Positions 10,435-20,431 are shown, counted from the stretch's first letter. The stretch: DNA of 64,000 bases from Woeseiaceae bacterium (GCA_021773035.1 JAJFKU010000052.1:8040-72039); one strand, 5' to 3'. Notes: a model not told the origin generated them from the letters alone. Numbers and translations: made by a program.

Positions 10435-11022
10435 ATGCCTGTGGGTAAACGACAACTTATCGGCTGTCTCGGTTGCACAGTCGCGCTATTCGGATTCGCG
10501 ACTATGTCGCTCGGGACGGCCGAGAGCAGCTCGCCGGACGAGGATACAGATATACCCTGTGACATTGCTGAGCAGACCATGACGGCCGAACGGCTTGCTG
10601 AGCTAATCGTCAGAATTGACGGCGAAGCGGTGCTCGAGGGTTCGGCCTGGTTTTTTCATGTCGAAGGGCTTGAGGTGGCGGTTATCTACGATACCGCCGC
10701 CGATCGCATGCGGATCATGATCCCGATCGGGTCCGCAGACGAACTGGATGAGAAAGGTTTGCTGCGTATGATGCAGGCGAATTTCGACTCCGCACTCGAT
10801 GCGCGTTACGCGGTCGCACAGGGGACGCTCTGGGGTGTATTCATTCACCCACTCGGCACTTTGAGCGCCGATGAGTTCCTGGTCGGGCTCGGTCAGACGG
10901 TAAACGTCGTGACGTCTTACGGATCGGGCTACTCATCGGGTCTTCTTATCTACGGAAGCGGTGACAGCGCCGAGATCGAACGTCAGCGGCTGATTGAGCG
11001 ACTGAGAGAAGCGAATACCTGA
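10435..11022 (+). CDS. Hypothetical protein, YbjN/type III chaperone-like fold suspected
   Basis: AAAAGGGAG RBS and a hydrophobic N-terminus. The acidic body resembles YbjN/CesT-like putative sensory transduction regulator proteins, from weak memory-based similarity only. Confidence 0.5.
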   Translation: MPVGKRQLIGCLGCTVALFGFATMSLGTAESSSPDEDTDIPCDIAEQTMTAERLAELIVRIDGEAVLEGSAWFFHVEGLEVAVIYDTAADRMRIMIPIGSADELDEKGLLRMMQANFDSALDARYAVAQGTLWGVFIHPLGTLSADEFLVGLGQTVNVVTSYGSGYSSGLLIYGSGDSAEIERQRLIERLREANT

Positions 11023-11205
11023 TACTTTCTCTCAGGAGTTCAGCATAAGTCTGTGACGCTGACTTGCCGCCGTAGCGTCGCTGATGCAGAGTGGGGAAGC
11101 CATGTTTCTCTGAAAGTTACGGGTTTCGGGGTTTCGGGAGTCTACTGATACGGGATTCCGGGTTGCTCGCATGCAGCCATGTTGAATGGGACATAATGTA
11201 GCGAT

Positions 11206-11808
11206 ATGAACAGGGACAATGATCGAAAGGCGCGTGATCGCCGCCCGCTATCCGCGGTGACGGCGGCCTTCCTGGAGAACCACGATTTTCTGAAGCGGTT
11301 TTTGTCACGTTTTTTCGCGGACCGCCAGGATATCGAAGACGTGGCACAGGAGGCCTTTCTGCGCGCCTATGTTGCGGAACAGATGAAGGAAATCGAGCAG
11401 CCCAAGGCCTATCTGTTTCGCACCGCCAAGAACCTCGCTTTTACCCAGCTGACGAAAAAATCGAACAAAATCACCGACTATCTTGAGGAATCGGGCGCTT
11501 CCGTAGTTATAGAGTGCGGACCCGGAGCCGATAGCGAGGCGGAAGCCGAGGAATTGCTCGGCTTGTACTGCGAAGCGGTGGCCGGGTTGCCGGACAAATG
11601 CCGCCAGGTGTTCCTGCTTCGCAAGGTTCATGGCTTGCCACATAAGGAAATCGCACAGCGAATGTCATTGTCGGTAAGTTCAGTGGAAAAGTATTTACTC
11701 AGAGGGATTCTGGAGTGCAGCGACTTCGTGCAGGAGCGCGAGGGCAATGCATCCGGGTCGCAGACGTCGACTAAGGTCGCTAGTAGCAAAGGGTCAGGCA
11801 GACGATGA
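11206..11808 (+). CDS. ECF (sigma-70 family, FecI-like) RNA polymerase sigma factor
   Basis: Region 2 (DIEDVAQEAFLRAY) and region 4 HTH (LPHKEIAQRMSLSVSSVEKYL). ATGA overlap with the downstream FecR gene. Confidence 0.9.
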   Translation: MNRDNDRKARDRRPLSAVTAAFLENHDFLKRFLSRFFADRQDIEDVAQEAFLRAYVAEQMKEIEQPKAYLFRTAKNLAFTQLTKKSNKITDYLEESGASVVIECGPGADSEAEAEELLGLYCEAVAGLPDKCRQVFLLRKVHGLPHKEIAQRMSLSVSSVEKYLLRGILECSDFVQEREGNASGSQTSTKVASSKGSGRR

Positions 11809-12926
11809 ACAGGAATATTGTCGAGTTTCCGGACCGCAAAGCCATCGAAGAGGAGGCTGGTGCGTGGCTGGTCAAACTGGATGGCGATACAGCGCCTTCG
11901 GCTGAGGAACTCGCATCGCTGCGCGAGTGGCTTGAGCGTAGCCCGGTGCATCGCGAACAGTTGGCTAAATTCGCCGGACTCTGGGGCAAGATGAACGTGT
12001 TGACAGAGCTTTCCGTTCCGCTCGGTCGCCCGGAAAAAAAAGCAAAGCGCAGTAGCTATGAAAGATTGCGGCATACGATGCCGCAGTTCGTCCGAGTGGG
12101 TGTTTCGATGGCCGTGCTCCTCGTTGGTATCGGTGCGGCGGCGATGTTCTGGTTGCGACCGGACCCGCTATTGAACAGCAATGGTTTCTATTCTACGGCG
12201 GTCGGCCAGCAGGAGTCCACGACGCTTGCTGATGGTTCGGTCGTGCTGCTCAATACCAATAGCCAGATCAAGGTGGATTATGGTGACGAGTACCGGGTCG
12301 TTCGTCTGCTGCAGGGCGAGGCTCACTTTACCGTTGCAGAAAATGCAGAGCGCCCGTTTCAGGTGTACGCTGGCGGTGGCCGCGTGCAGGCTGTCGGCAC
12401 GGCATTTAGCGTCTATCTCAAGGACAATGCAATCGACGTAACGGTGACGGAAGGGAGTGTCGCCGTGTCGTCCGTGCATGGTGGTAATTCGAGTCCTACG
12501 CCGCAGCTGGAGCGAAACCAGTCGTCCGGGGCAACCGCAATTATCGAGAGTGATTTTGTCGAGACTCTGGGTACGGTGAAAGCGGGTGAGAGCGTTACGC
12601 TGCAGGGTACCGATGGTTCCAGCAGCCAGAGTCGGGTCAACGTCATCGAGACGATCGAGGCGCGCGAAATGACGCGCCGACTGTCATGGCGCGGCGGTAT
12701 GCTCACGTTCGCCGGCGATCGCCTCGAAGATGTCGTCAATGAGATCAGCCGTTACACGACCGTTTCGATCGAAATTTCAGATCCTGCCGTCAGAGCCAGG
12801 AGTATCGGCGGGCGGTTCCCGATCGGCGAAACGGATGCCATGTTCGATGCGTTGGAAGCAAACTTCGGCTTACGCGTAGTCCGACTCGGCCATAATCGTG
12901 TATTGGTATCGGCAGCAGAGGAATAG
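11805..12926 (+). CDS. FecR-family anti-sigma factor / transmembrane sensor
   Basis: N-terminal anti-sigma segment (EEAGAWLVKLD...LREWL), one TM helix (VGVSMAVLLVGIGAAAMFWL) and a periplasmic FecR domain (GEAHFTVAENAERPFQVYAGGGRVQAVGTAFSV). Confidence 0.9.
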   Translation: MNRNIVEFPDRKAIEEEAGAWLVKLDGDTAPSAEELASLREWLERSPVHREQLAKFAGLWGKMNVLTELSVPLGRPEKKAKRSSYERLRHTMPQFVRVGVSMAVLLVGIGAAAMFWLRPDPLLNSNGFYSTAVGQQESTTLADGSVVLLNTNSQIKVDYGDEYRVVRLLQGEAHFTVAENAERPFQVYAGGGRVQAVGTAFSVYLKDNAIDVTVTEGSVAVSSVHGGNSSPTPQLERNQSSGATAIIESDFVETLGTVKAGESVTLQGTDGSSSQSRVNVIETIEAREMTRRLSWRGGMLTFAGDRLEDVVNEISRYTTVSIEISDPAVRARSIGGRFPIGETDAMFDALEANFGLRVVRLGHNRVLVSAAEE

Positions 12927-13100
12927 CTTCAACAAGGCAATAATCGTTGGATTTTTGCAGCGCGTGAAAAAAATACAGATTAAAGTCAGTTTTCGTTACG
13001 GACTTTCCCTCGACGTTAGTTATCTATGTGACAAGGCCGCGACGAAAGGACGATCATCATCCTTAATCGCAGGCAGATTGTCGGGGGAATGTAAGTTCGG

Positions 13101-16100
13101 ATGATCCGTGCGATATTCTTGTTTGTCGTTTGGTTTTCGCTAGCCATAGGCGGCCCTGCGTGGGCTGAAAGCGAGGCATTCGATGGACAGGCGTACGACA
13201 TCGACATACCGGCGCTGAATGCTGCCGAGGCTCTGAACCGTCTCGCGGAACAAACCGGCGCAATCATGCTTTTCCCTTACGATCTTGCCGAAGCCCGACA
13301 AGCCAACGCGGTGCTCGGGCGTTACACCCTGGAGGATGCCCTGGGCGAAATGCTCAGGGACTCTGGACTTTCAAGCGGCCTTTCCGATAAACGCGTGATT
13401 CAAATCGCTCTTGACGAGCCGATGAATCGCAATAAAGGGGAAGAGGAAGTGGCTACTGTAAAAGTATCGCGTAAGAAGACAATCGGCACGTTCGTAGCGT
13501 CACTGTTTATAGCAACGGGAGTGAGTGCGCAGCAATCCGCGACGACGGCGGAAGAAGAGGTCGTGGTTGATGAGATCATTATTACCGGCTCAAGGCTGCA
13601 ACGCGATAGTTTCAATGTCTCGACGCCTCTCGTAAGTATTGGGAATGATGTAATCACGGATACAGGTCTCGGCGCATTGTCCGAGATACTGGTTGACGAG
13701 ATACCGTCGCTCTACGAATCGAGCAGTAATACAAACTCGCAATCGCAGATCGGAAATACCGGAGTTTCATCCGTCAACCTGCGCAGACTGGGAAGTAACA
13801 GGACGCTGGCCCTGATCGATGGCCGCCGTACGGTTGCCAACGCCTATGGCGGCAACTTCATCAGCCTCAACACGATTGCAAAGCCGTTCGTTGATCGCGT
13901 CGAGGTTGTTACCGGTGGCTCTTCAGCGGCATACGGTTCGGATGCGGTCGCCGGTGTGCTCAACATCATTACGGAAAAGGACAAGGTCGGTTTCGGTTTT
14001 GAAACACGCGGTGGTTACACGCCCGAAGGCGGTGGCGAAGAATTCACTATTAACGCGGACTACGGCACTACCTTTTCCGACGACCGCGGCTACCTGTTTT
14101 TTGCGGCAACCTTCGATAAACAGTACGGCATAGATCACGCAGATCGTGATCGGGCCAGACTTGAGTCGAACTTCAGCTATGACGACGATCTGATGTGCAA
14201 TGCGATGCAGACAGAGAACGGCGATGAATGCATGCGAGACATTACGCCCGCGGACTGGCGTGATCGCAACGATGGCACCTTCGGCGGCGTGTTCGAAAGC
14301 ACTGAAGGTGAGTACTACTATGACGAAAACGGCCTGCAGACGGGTTGGTCGGAAGAGCGCGACGGTCTGTTCGCCAGGATCTGGGATGTGATCAAGATTC
14401 CGGAGGAACAGACAGCTGCTGCACTCAAGATCGACTACGAGCTGACGGATAGAACCAAAGTGTATTTCCAGCTGCAGTATAGTCGCAACACTTCATTCAA
14501 CTTCAAGTCGTCAGAAAACGAGGCCGAGAATAATTCGGTTGCAACCATCGATCGTATTACAGGTGCGCCCGACCAGATTACGCCCGGGCATATCTCACTT
14601 ACCAACCCGTTTGTTCCCGTGGAGATTGCTACCGATCCGGAATCGATCGATGACGGGCAGATCGACTGGGACCGTCGTTTTCCCGAGGTGGGCAACATTA
14701 CGACCGACAATACGCGCACAACCTGGCGGAGCTGGGCGGGGTTGCAGGGCGACTTGTTCAACAATGAGTGGGAATGGGACGCGTCCATCGGTTTAGGGCG
14801 TTTCGAGCAACTTCAAATCAGGTCGAATGAAATCGATGTCCGCAAGGAGCGACAGGCTCTGGATGCCATCATCGATCCCGTCGACGGAGTCACTATTCGC
14901 TGCGCCGATGACGCGGCTCACGCGGCAGGCTGTGTACCGCTGAACATATTCGGTGTGGGCTCAGTAACACCCGAAATGGCGGATTGGATTCGCGTTAACC
15001 CGATAATCAATCCCGTCCTGACGCAGATCAACGCGCTGGGATACATTTCCGGCGACCTGTTCGAGATGCCGGCCGGACCCGTCGCAACCGTATTCGGTTT
15101 GGAGTATCGTCGCGACGCGATGGACCTCAGAGTCAGTGACGGACCGGCATTCGGCGGCGTAACGTTTAACCTTGTGCCACCGATCGATGGTGATATCGAC
15201 GTCATCGAACTGTTTTCCGAGGCATCATTTCCGCTGGCTGACAGTCTGTCGGCAGACGTGTCGCTGCGCGTTGCCGACTACAGCGCGAAGAACATCGATA
15301 CGGTATTCAGCCACACCGTAGGTCTGGTTTGGGAGCCGGTCGAAGGTTACGTTCTACGTGGCAATGTTGCTCGGGCGCAGCGGGCACCGGATCTCACGGA
15401 ATTGTTGTCCCCACGGCGCGGTGATTTTGATTCAATCAACGATATTTGCGACGGCGTTTCGGCGACTTCAGATGACGCTGGTCACGATAACTGCCGCCTC
15501 GAACCGGGCATTGCCGCGGCAATCGCCGCCGATCCGGCCTTCGTCTTCGAAGACGATAACAACGGTTATTCGCCGAGCGCGGGAAATGAAAACCTGTTTG
15601 AAGAAACCGCCGATACCTATACTTTGGGTTTCAGTATTTCGCCTTCGTTTTTCGAGGGCTTCCGGCTCGCCGTGGATTATTACGACATCACCATCAGCGA
15701 CGCTATCGCCGAGGTGAGCAATGAGGAGATACTGAACCAGTGTTTCGCTTCCTCAATAAGCTTCGGGGACCCCAATCCGTTTTGCGATGATCTTACCCGT
15801 GACAGCGATGGCCAGCTCACGGAGGTATTGCAGCGACAGTTTAATCTTAACGAACTTAGTACGAGCGGAGTCGACGTTGCGTTGGAGTACGTGCGTGACG
15901 TGGGACCGGGGAAAATTGAGCTAAAGACAAACTACACGCACATCAACAAGCACGAAACGATAATCGACGGTGTCGATGGCATCGTGGTTTCCGACGAAAA
16001 CAATCAGCTCGATTTCGGCATCTTCAAGGATGTAGCTACCGCCTCTGTCGCCTGGAAGTCCGAGAACTGGCGGGTTCGATGGCGCACGACCTGGAAGGGT

Positions 16101-16451
16101 CCGATCATCGATCACCAGGAACGTGTCGATGAGTATCTCTCGCTAAAGGCCACGAACGATGGACTGTGTGCGGCGGGTGACCCGGATTGCATAACCAATC
16201 CGGAGGTCCCGGCGTTTCTCTTCTACCCGTCATATCTGAGGCACGACCTGTCGCTTTCCTACGATATGGAATTGGAGAGTGGCGCGAAAATAAACCTCTT
16301 CAGCGGAGTCAGAAATCTGTTCGACAAAGACCCGTTTGTCCCGCGTACCGGCGACAACTTTGAGTCTGGAATTGGCAACTACGACAGCAAGTTCGGGGGC
16401 GGTGTTGGACGTTTCGTATACTTCGGCGCGGAAGTGCGTTTTGACGACTGA
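13101..16451 (+). CDS. TonB-dependent transducer (receptor with N-terminal STN signalling domain)
   Basis: STN domain (IPALNAAEALNRLAEQTGAIMLFPYDLAEARQANAVLGRYTLEDALGEMLRDSGL), plug (IIITGSRLQRDSFNVSTPLVSI) and a large barrel. The C-terminus ends ...AEVRFDD rather than on an aromatic residue. Confidence 0.9.
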   Translation: MIRAIFLFVVWFSLAIGGPAWAESEAFDGQAYDIDIPALNAAEALNRLAEQTGAIMLFPYDLAEARQANAVLGRYTLEDALGEMLRDSGLSSGLSDKRVIQIALDEPMNRNKGEEEVATVKVSRKKTIGTFVASLFIATGVSAQQSATTAEEEVVVDEIIITGSRLQRDSFNVSTPLVSIGNDVITDTGLGALSEILVDEIPSLYESSSNTNSQSQIGNTGVSSVNLRRLGSNRTLALIDGRRTVANAYGGNFISLNTIAKPFVDRVEVVTGGSSAAYGSDAVAGVLNIITEKDKVGFGFETRGGYTPEGGGEEFTINADYGTTFSDDRGYLFFAATFDKQYGIDHADRDRARLESNFSYDDDLMCNAMQTENGDECMRDITPADWRDRNDGTFGGVFESTEGEYYYDENGLQTGWSEERDGLFARIWDVIKIPEEQTAAALKIDYELTDRTKVYFQLQYSRNTSFNFKSSENEAENNSVATIDRITGAPDQITPGHISLTNPFVPVEIATDPESIDDGQIDWDRRFPEVGNITTDNTRTTWRSWAGLQGDLFNNEWEWDASIGLGRFEQLQIRSNEIDVRKERQALDAIIDPVDGVTIRCADDAAHAAGCVPLNIFGVGSVTPEMADWIRVNPIINPVLTQINALGYISGDLFEMPAGPVATVFGLEYRRDAMDLRVSDGPAFGGVTFNLVPPIDGDIDVIELFSEASFPLADSLSADVSLRVADYSAKNIDTVFSHTVGLVWEPVEGYVLRGNVARAQRAPDLTELLSPRRGDFDSINDICDGVSATSDDAGHDNCRLEPGIAAAIAADPAFVFEDDNNGYSPSAGNENLFEETADTYTLGFSISPSFFEGFRLAVDYYDITISDAIAEVSNEEILNQCFASSISFGDPNPFCDDLTRDSDGQLTEVLQRQFNLNELSTSGVDVALEYVRDVGPGKIELKTNYTHINKHETIIDGVDGIVVSDENNQLDFGIFKDVATASVAWKSENWRVRWRTTWKGPIIDHQERVDEYLSLKATNDGLCAAGDPDCITNPEVPAFLFYPSYLRHDLSLSYDMELESGAKINLFSGVRNLFDKDPFVPRTGDNFESGIGNYDSKFGGGVGRFVYFGAEVRFDD

Positions 16452-16465
16452 GGAATCCTGATATT

Positions 16466-18328
16466 TTGAATTCACCAGGATCAGGGCCAGCCCGGTATTT
16501 CGGGCTGACCTTATTACATCGCCGCGTTTTCGCGATGCTGATTTTACTCTGCCTACCGATCACGTCGGCGTTTGCGGACGAATGGCACTTTTCCGGCGTT
16601 GAGCGAGTCGTTGCGATCAGCGACGTTCATGGCGCTTATGACGACATGGTTGCTACGCTGCAGCAGTCAGATGTCCTTGATGAGGAGCGCTCCTGGAGCG
16701 GTGGCGAGACCCATCTCGTTCTCACCGGCGACATGCTGGACCGCGGTGCGGATTCACGGCGTGTTATGGACCTGATGATGCGTATTGAGGCGGAGGCGCT
16801 GAAGACCGGCGGTCGCGTGCATGTACTGCTTGGCAATCACGAAATAATGAACCTCATCGGTGACCTTCGCTATGTTGCCGATGGCGAATACGCTGCGTTT
16901 ATTGACGAAGAATCGGAGGACGAGCGTGACGTCTGGTTCGCGTACTTCATGCGGCATATGGAAGAGGGTCTCGATGAACCTGCTGCTCGCAAGCAGTTCG
17001 ACGAGGCAGCGCCGCCAGGTTTTTTCGGACACCGGAATGCGTTTCGTCGCGACGGCATCTACGGGAAGTGGTTGCTCGAAAAGCCACTGATGATTGTCAT
17101 TAACGATACGGCTTATGTGCATGGAGGACTCCCACCGTACGTTGCGGAACACGGTCTCGCCGGTGTAAACGGCACACTGAAAACCGATGTGCTGGATTAT
17201 ATGAGTACGTCATCGCGCTTACAGAAGGCGGGCATTCTGAGTCCGGTGGATGGTTTCCGGGAGCGTGCGAAGACGCTGCAGAAGAGAATGCAGGGCAGGC
17301 AATTGGGCGATGGGGTCGAGGCGACGGCACGAAAGCTGCTCGAACTCGGTGATTCACCGGTACATGGAATGGAGGGCCCGATGTGGTATCGCGGCTCGTC
17401 GACCTGTAGTGAGCTTGTCGAAGGAGGAGCTCTTAATGAGGCGCTTCAAAAAATCGGCGCAAGCCGCGTTGTGATAGGCCATACGACGACATTCTCACGC
17501 CAGGTGCAGCAGCGCCTCAGCGGCCGCGTTATCGAAATCAATACCGGTATGCTGAAACCAAGTTATGGCGGTAGCGGTTACGCGCTGGTCATCGAGAACG
17601 ATGTGGTATCGGTGGTAAGTCAGGACGGGACGCCGGACTTAACGCCGATCAAACTGCCGAGGCAGGTTGGATACGAATCCGATGCAATTGACGATGACAT
17701 CCTGTCCGGCATTTTAATGAACGGCACGGCCACCGATCTGAACAAGGGCACAGAAGCATGGAAGCTGCTGAGCGTCGCGGCGGACGATACAACGGTTCTC
17801 GCTTATTTCAAACCGCTGCCGACGGAGAAGATATTTATTCCTGAACTCGCCGCCTACAGACTCGATCGAATGCTGGGTCTGGATATGATTCCGGTGACGG
17901 TTCTGCGCGAGATCGAAGGTGAGCCAGGTACATTGCAGTTCGTACCAGTGGAGACCTTGTCCGAGAGCGAGCGGATTAGTGACGACGGTGGGCGCAAGGC
18001 ATCTTGTTCCCTGGAAAAACAGCAGAATGCAATGCATGTTTTCGATGCGCTCATACACAATACCGAACGAGCGCCGTTATCGATGCTGTACAACCCGGAT
18101 GACTGGCAGCTGATACTGATCGTTCACGAGAACTCTTTCGAGGCCGAAGAAGTGCCGTTGTTACGGGTCGGAAAGACCGCCGCGGGTATCGATGGCCAGT
18201 GGCAGACAGCGTTGCTTGAGTTAAGCGATCAGGTGCTGCGCGACAATCTTGGCGATGTCCTCGACGACGCTCGTCTCAAAGCGCTCGCCAGGCGGCGAGA
18301 CGCGCTTATAGAAATTTCCGCACGCTGA
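16466..18328 (+). CDS. Secreted PPP-family metallophosphoesterase fused to a PI3/PI4-kinase-like C-terminal domain
   Basis: PPP signature GDxHG/GDxxDRG/GNHE (SDVHGAY, TGDMLDRGADS, LLGNHE). The C-terminal 200 aa resembles the bacterial PI3/4-kinase-like (SCO1664-type) fold (FKPL..E.AAYRLDRMLGLDMIPVTV...DALIHNTER). TTG start lies 14 nt after the transducer stop; an alternative ATG is at 16535. Confidence 0.75.
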   Translation: MNSPGSGPARYFGLTLLHRRVFAMLILLCLPITSAFADEWHFSGVERVVAISDVHGAYDDMVATLQQSDVLDEERSWSGGETHLVLTGDMLDRGADSRRVMDLMMRIEAEALKTGGRVHVLLGNHEIMNLIGDLRYVADGEYAAFIDEESEDERDVWFAYFMRHMEEGLDEPAARKQFDEAAPPGFFGHRNAFRRDGIYGKWLLEKPLMIVINDTAYVHGGLPPYVAEHGLAGVNGTLKTDVLDYMSTSSRLQKAGILSPVDGFRERAKTLQKRMQGRQLGDGVEATARKLLELGDSPVHGMEGPMWYRGSSTCSELVEGGALNEALQKIGASRVVIGHTTTFSRQVQQRLSGRVIEINTGMLKPSYGGSGYALVIENDVVSVVSQDGTPDLTPIKLPRQVGYESDAIDDDILSGILMNGTATDLNKGTEAWKLLSVAADDTTVLAYFKPLPTEKIFIPELAAYRLDRMLGLDMIPVTVLREIEGEPGTLQFVPVETLSESERISDDGGRKASCSLEKQQNAMHVFDALIHNTERAPLSMLYNPDDWQLILIVHENSFEAEEVPLLRVGKTAAGIDGQWQTALLELSDQVLRDNLGDVLDDARLKALARRRDALIEISAR

Positions 18329-18366
18329 GGGGGGCTTTCGCCCAGGTTGCCGCGCCAGGAACGGTT

Positions 18367-18792
18367 TTAGTTGCCGCTTAGATGAGCAAGCAAGCCGTTC
18401 AGGCAATCTTCCCAGCCATGCCGATGCTGGTCCCGTAGTTCCTCACCTGGAATCTGCTCATGCATCAGGACCAGCTGCGTCCCGGAGTCGTGTGCCTCAA
18501 AGCGAACCGTTACGCGCTCAGTCTCCGCTTCGGTCGTCTCGACGACCCAGGTGTAGATCAACAGCGTGGGTTCCTCAACGGTTTCGAACTCGCCGCGAAT
18601 CCAGAGTATTGCGCCATCCGGAAGCTCGTTCGCGATGCTGTACTGTCCGCCCTGTCTGAGATCGACCTCGGCGGACACGCAGCGAACACCCACAGGCCCC
18701 CACCAGTTGACTAGTTCCTCGGGATTCGTCCAGGCGCGGAACACTCGTTCGGGCGTCGCCGGAATGAGCTTCTGCATTCGCAGGTGTTTCAT
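18367..18792 (-). CDS. SRPBCC/AHSA1-domain protein
   Basis: Motif context RVFRAWTNPEELVNWWGP is typical of Aha1/BPI-like SRPBCC proteins paired with ArsR. The ATG at 18792 avoids overlap with the arsR-like gene upstream. Confidence 0.8.
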   Translation of the reverse strand: MKHLRMQKLIPATPERVFRAWTNPEELVNWWGPVGVRCVSAEVDLRQGGQYSIANELPDGAILWIRGEFETVEEPTLLIYTWVVETTEAETERVTVRFEAHDSGTQLVLMHEQIPGEELRDQHRHGWEDCLNGLLAHLSGN

Positions 18793-18820
18793 GGCCGATT
18801 GGCTTCGAGTTGCTGTCACG

Positions 18821-19195
18821 TCAGCTTCTTTTCCGGGGCTTGCCGCCGTTGTCACGCTGCACGTAGTCACTCAAAGCATCGAGAGTCTCACCCCAGAAAC
18901 GCTGGTAGTGCTGCAGCCAGTCGTCGACCGTTTTCAGTGGCAGGGCGTTGAGCGCACAGCGATGTACGCGGCCGTTGACGGTGCGCGTTATTAAACCGGC
19001 ATTTTCAAGTACCCGCAGGTGTTTGCCGACAGCCGGCAGCGACATGTCAAACGGTTTCGCCAGTTCGGTGACCATAGCGGAACCTGTCGTTAAGCGGGCG
19101 AGAAGCCGGCGACGTGTCCGGTCACCCAGCGCGCGGAACACGAGGTCGAGCTTTTCTTCCTGGAAGCGGGGTTCTGTAGCGGTGCTTGACAGCAT
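18821..19195 (-). CDS. ArsR/SmtB-family transcriptional regulator
   Basis: HTH: FRALGDRTRRRLLARLTTGSAMVTELAKPFDMSLPAVGKHLRVLENAGLI. Confidence 0.9.
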   Translation of the reverse strand: MLSSTATEPRFQEEKLDLVFRALGDRTRRRLLARLTTGSAMVTELAKPFDMSLPAVGKHLRVLENAGLITRTVNGRVHRCALNALPLKTVDDWLQHYQRFWGETLDALSDYVQRDNGGKPRKRS

Positions 19196-19203
19196 GAGAT
19201 TAA

Positions 19204-19225
19204 TAGTAAACCATATGGTTTACTA
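19204..19225. promoter_or_regulatory. Perfect 22-bp palindrome, candidate ArsR operator in a divergent promoter
   Basis: TAGTAAACCAT|ATGGTTTACTA lies between divergent genes 18821-19195 (-) and 19255-19635 (+). Confidence 0.65.
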
Positions 19226-19254
19226 TATCAACGATAGTCCTGACGGGGAACACG

Positions 19255-19635
19255 ATGACGATCAGACAAACGGTGAGTTTCGACAGCAGCCCGGAAACGG
19301 TCTACAAAGCACTGACATCCGCAGACGAATTCAGCAAGGCGACCGGCGCCCCGGCCGAAATAGCCAGCGGCGAAGGCGGTGCGTTTTCCTGCTTTGGTGG
19401 ACAGATCACGGGCCGGCATGTCGAGCTGGTGCCTAACAAGAGAATCGTCCAGGCCTGGCGGGCCGGGCCATGGGATGAAGGTGTGTACTCCGTTGTCAGA
19501 TTCGATATCAGCGCGTCCGGGTCGACGACGACCGTGCTTATGGAGCACGCAGGTTTTCCCGATGGCGCGGCCGAACACCTCGATGGCGGTTGGCACAAAA
19601 TGTACTGGGAACCGCTGAAAGCCTTCCTCGAATAG
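19255..19635 (+). CDS. SRPBCC/AHSA1-domain protein
   Basis: Small protein (126 aa) with SRPBCC-like pattern (ETVYKALTSADEFSKATG...HAGFPDG...GW), divergent from the ArsR gene. Confidence 0.8.
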   Translation: MTIRQTVSFDSSPETVYKALTSADEFSKATGAPAEIASGEGGAFSCFGGQITGRHVELVPNKRIVQAWRAGPWDEGVYSVVRFDISASGSTTTVLMEHAGFPDGAAEHLDGGWHKMYWEPLKAFLE

Positions 19636-19685
19636 GGCGCTAAACGTCTATAATCCCGGGTCTTGCCTCCTGTCCCGAAGCACCT

Positions 19686-20408
19686 ATGCGAATAAATACG
19701 ATCGTCGTCGTCGCCAGTCTTGCGGTGTTGCTGGTGTCGTTCTGGAATCGCAATGCGCTGCCGCGAGCGATTGACTACCTGCCGGAGGTTCTCGTCGAAC
19801 CGCTGCAGACGCCGAGCAGAAAAGCGTCTTTCAGCGCGAGCTATGAGGGTGTCGATTACCTGGTTGAGCCTGAGTACGAGTATGAGCTGGTCGGGATGAT
19901 CGTGTCCTTTCGGCATCATGATGGCGACAGCCGTATGCATCTGCTGGCGAACGACCATCTCAATATGCTCGATGTCTGCGTCATCTGGGGCGATAACACG
20001 CGCAATCCGTGGCTGCACAAGATCGACTTCTGGAACGGTATTTTTACCTGCAACGTGAAGACGCGGGATCAGCAGGCCTGGGACAGCTTCGACATGTACC
20101 AGTTGTCGAACAACCATCTCATCTCGGACGATGACAGAATACGCGACAAGGTGAAGGACGTCAGAGTCGGCGACCAGATTCGCGTTCGCGGTTATCTCGC
20201 AAGCTACAGTAGCCCGGATGGCGGTAAGCGTGGGACGAGTACGACGCGACTCGATACCGGGGACGGTGCCTGCGAAACCCTGTTTGTCGAGGGCTTCGAT
20301 ATCGTACAAGCGGCAAGGAATTACTGGCGCATGTCGATGTGGTTATCGTTGCTGCTGCTGATCGGCGGTCTTGTTGTGCATTTTCGCCGACCGTACCGGC
20401 CGCACTGA
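19686..20408 (+). CDS. Hypothetical membrane-anchored protein
   Basis: N-terminal TM (IVVVASLAVLLVSFW) and C-terminal TM (MSMWLSLLLLIGGLVVHF). No family recognised. Confidence 0.6.
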   Translation: MRINTIVVVASLAVLLVSFWNRNALPRAIDYLPEVLVEPLQTPSRKASFSASYEGVDYLVEPEYEYELVGMIVSFRHHDGDSRMHLLANDHLNMLDVCVIWGDNTRNPWLHKIDFWNGIFTCNVKTRDQQAWDSFDMYQLSNNHLISDDDRIRDKVKDVRVGDQIRVRGYLASYSSPDGGKRGTSTTRLDTGDGACETLFVEGFDIVQAARNYWRMSMWLSLLLLIGGLVVHFRRPYRPH

Positions 20409-20431
20409 CCGCTACGCCCGACTCGATAACG

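Noticed and set aside
12927-13100. Attempted call of the ECF-dependent promoter upstream of the TonB transducer
   Set aside because: Several GAAA/CGT-like elements are present, but I could not identify a convincing -35/-10 pair at 16-17 nt spacing by eye, so no feature is reported.
19302-20309. 335-aa minus-strand ORF
   Set aside because: It overlaps two plus-strand genes, one of which has a clear SRPBCC signature. No motifs, no RBS context; a shadow ORF.
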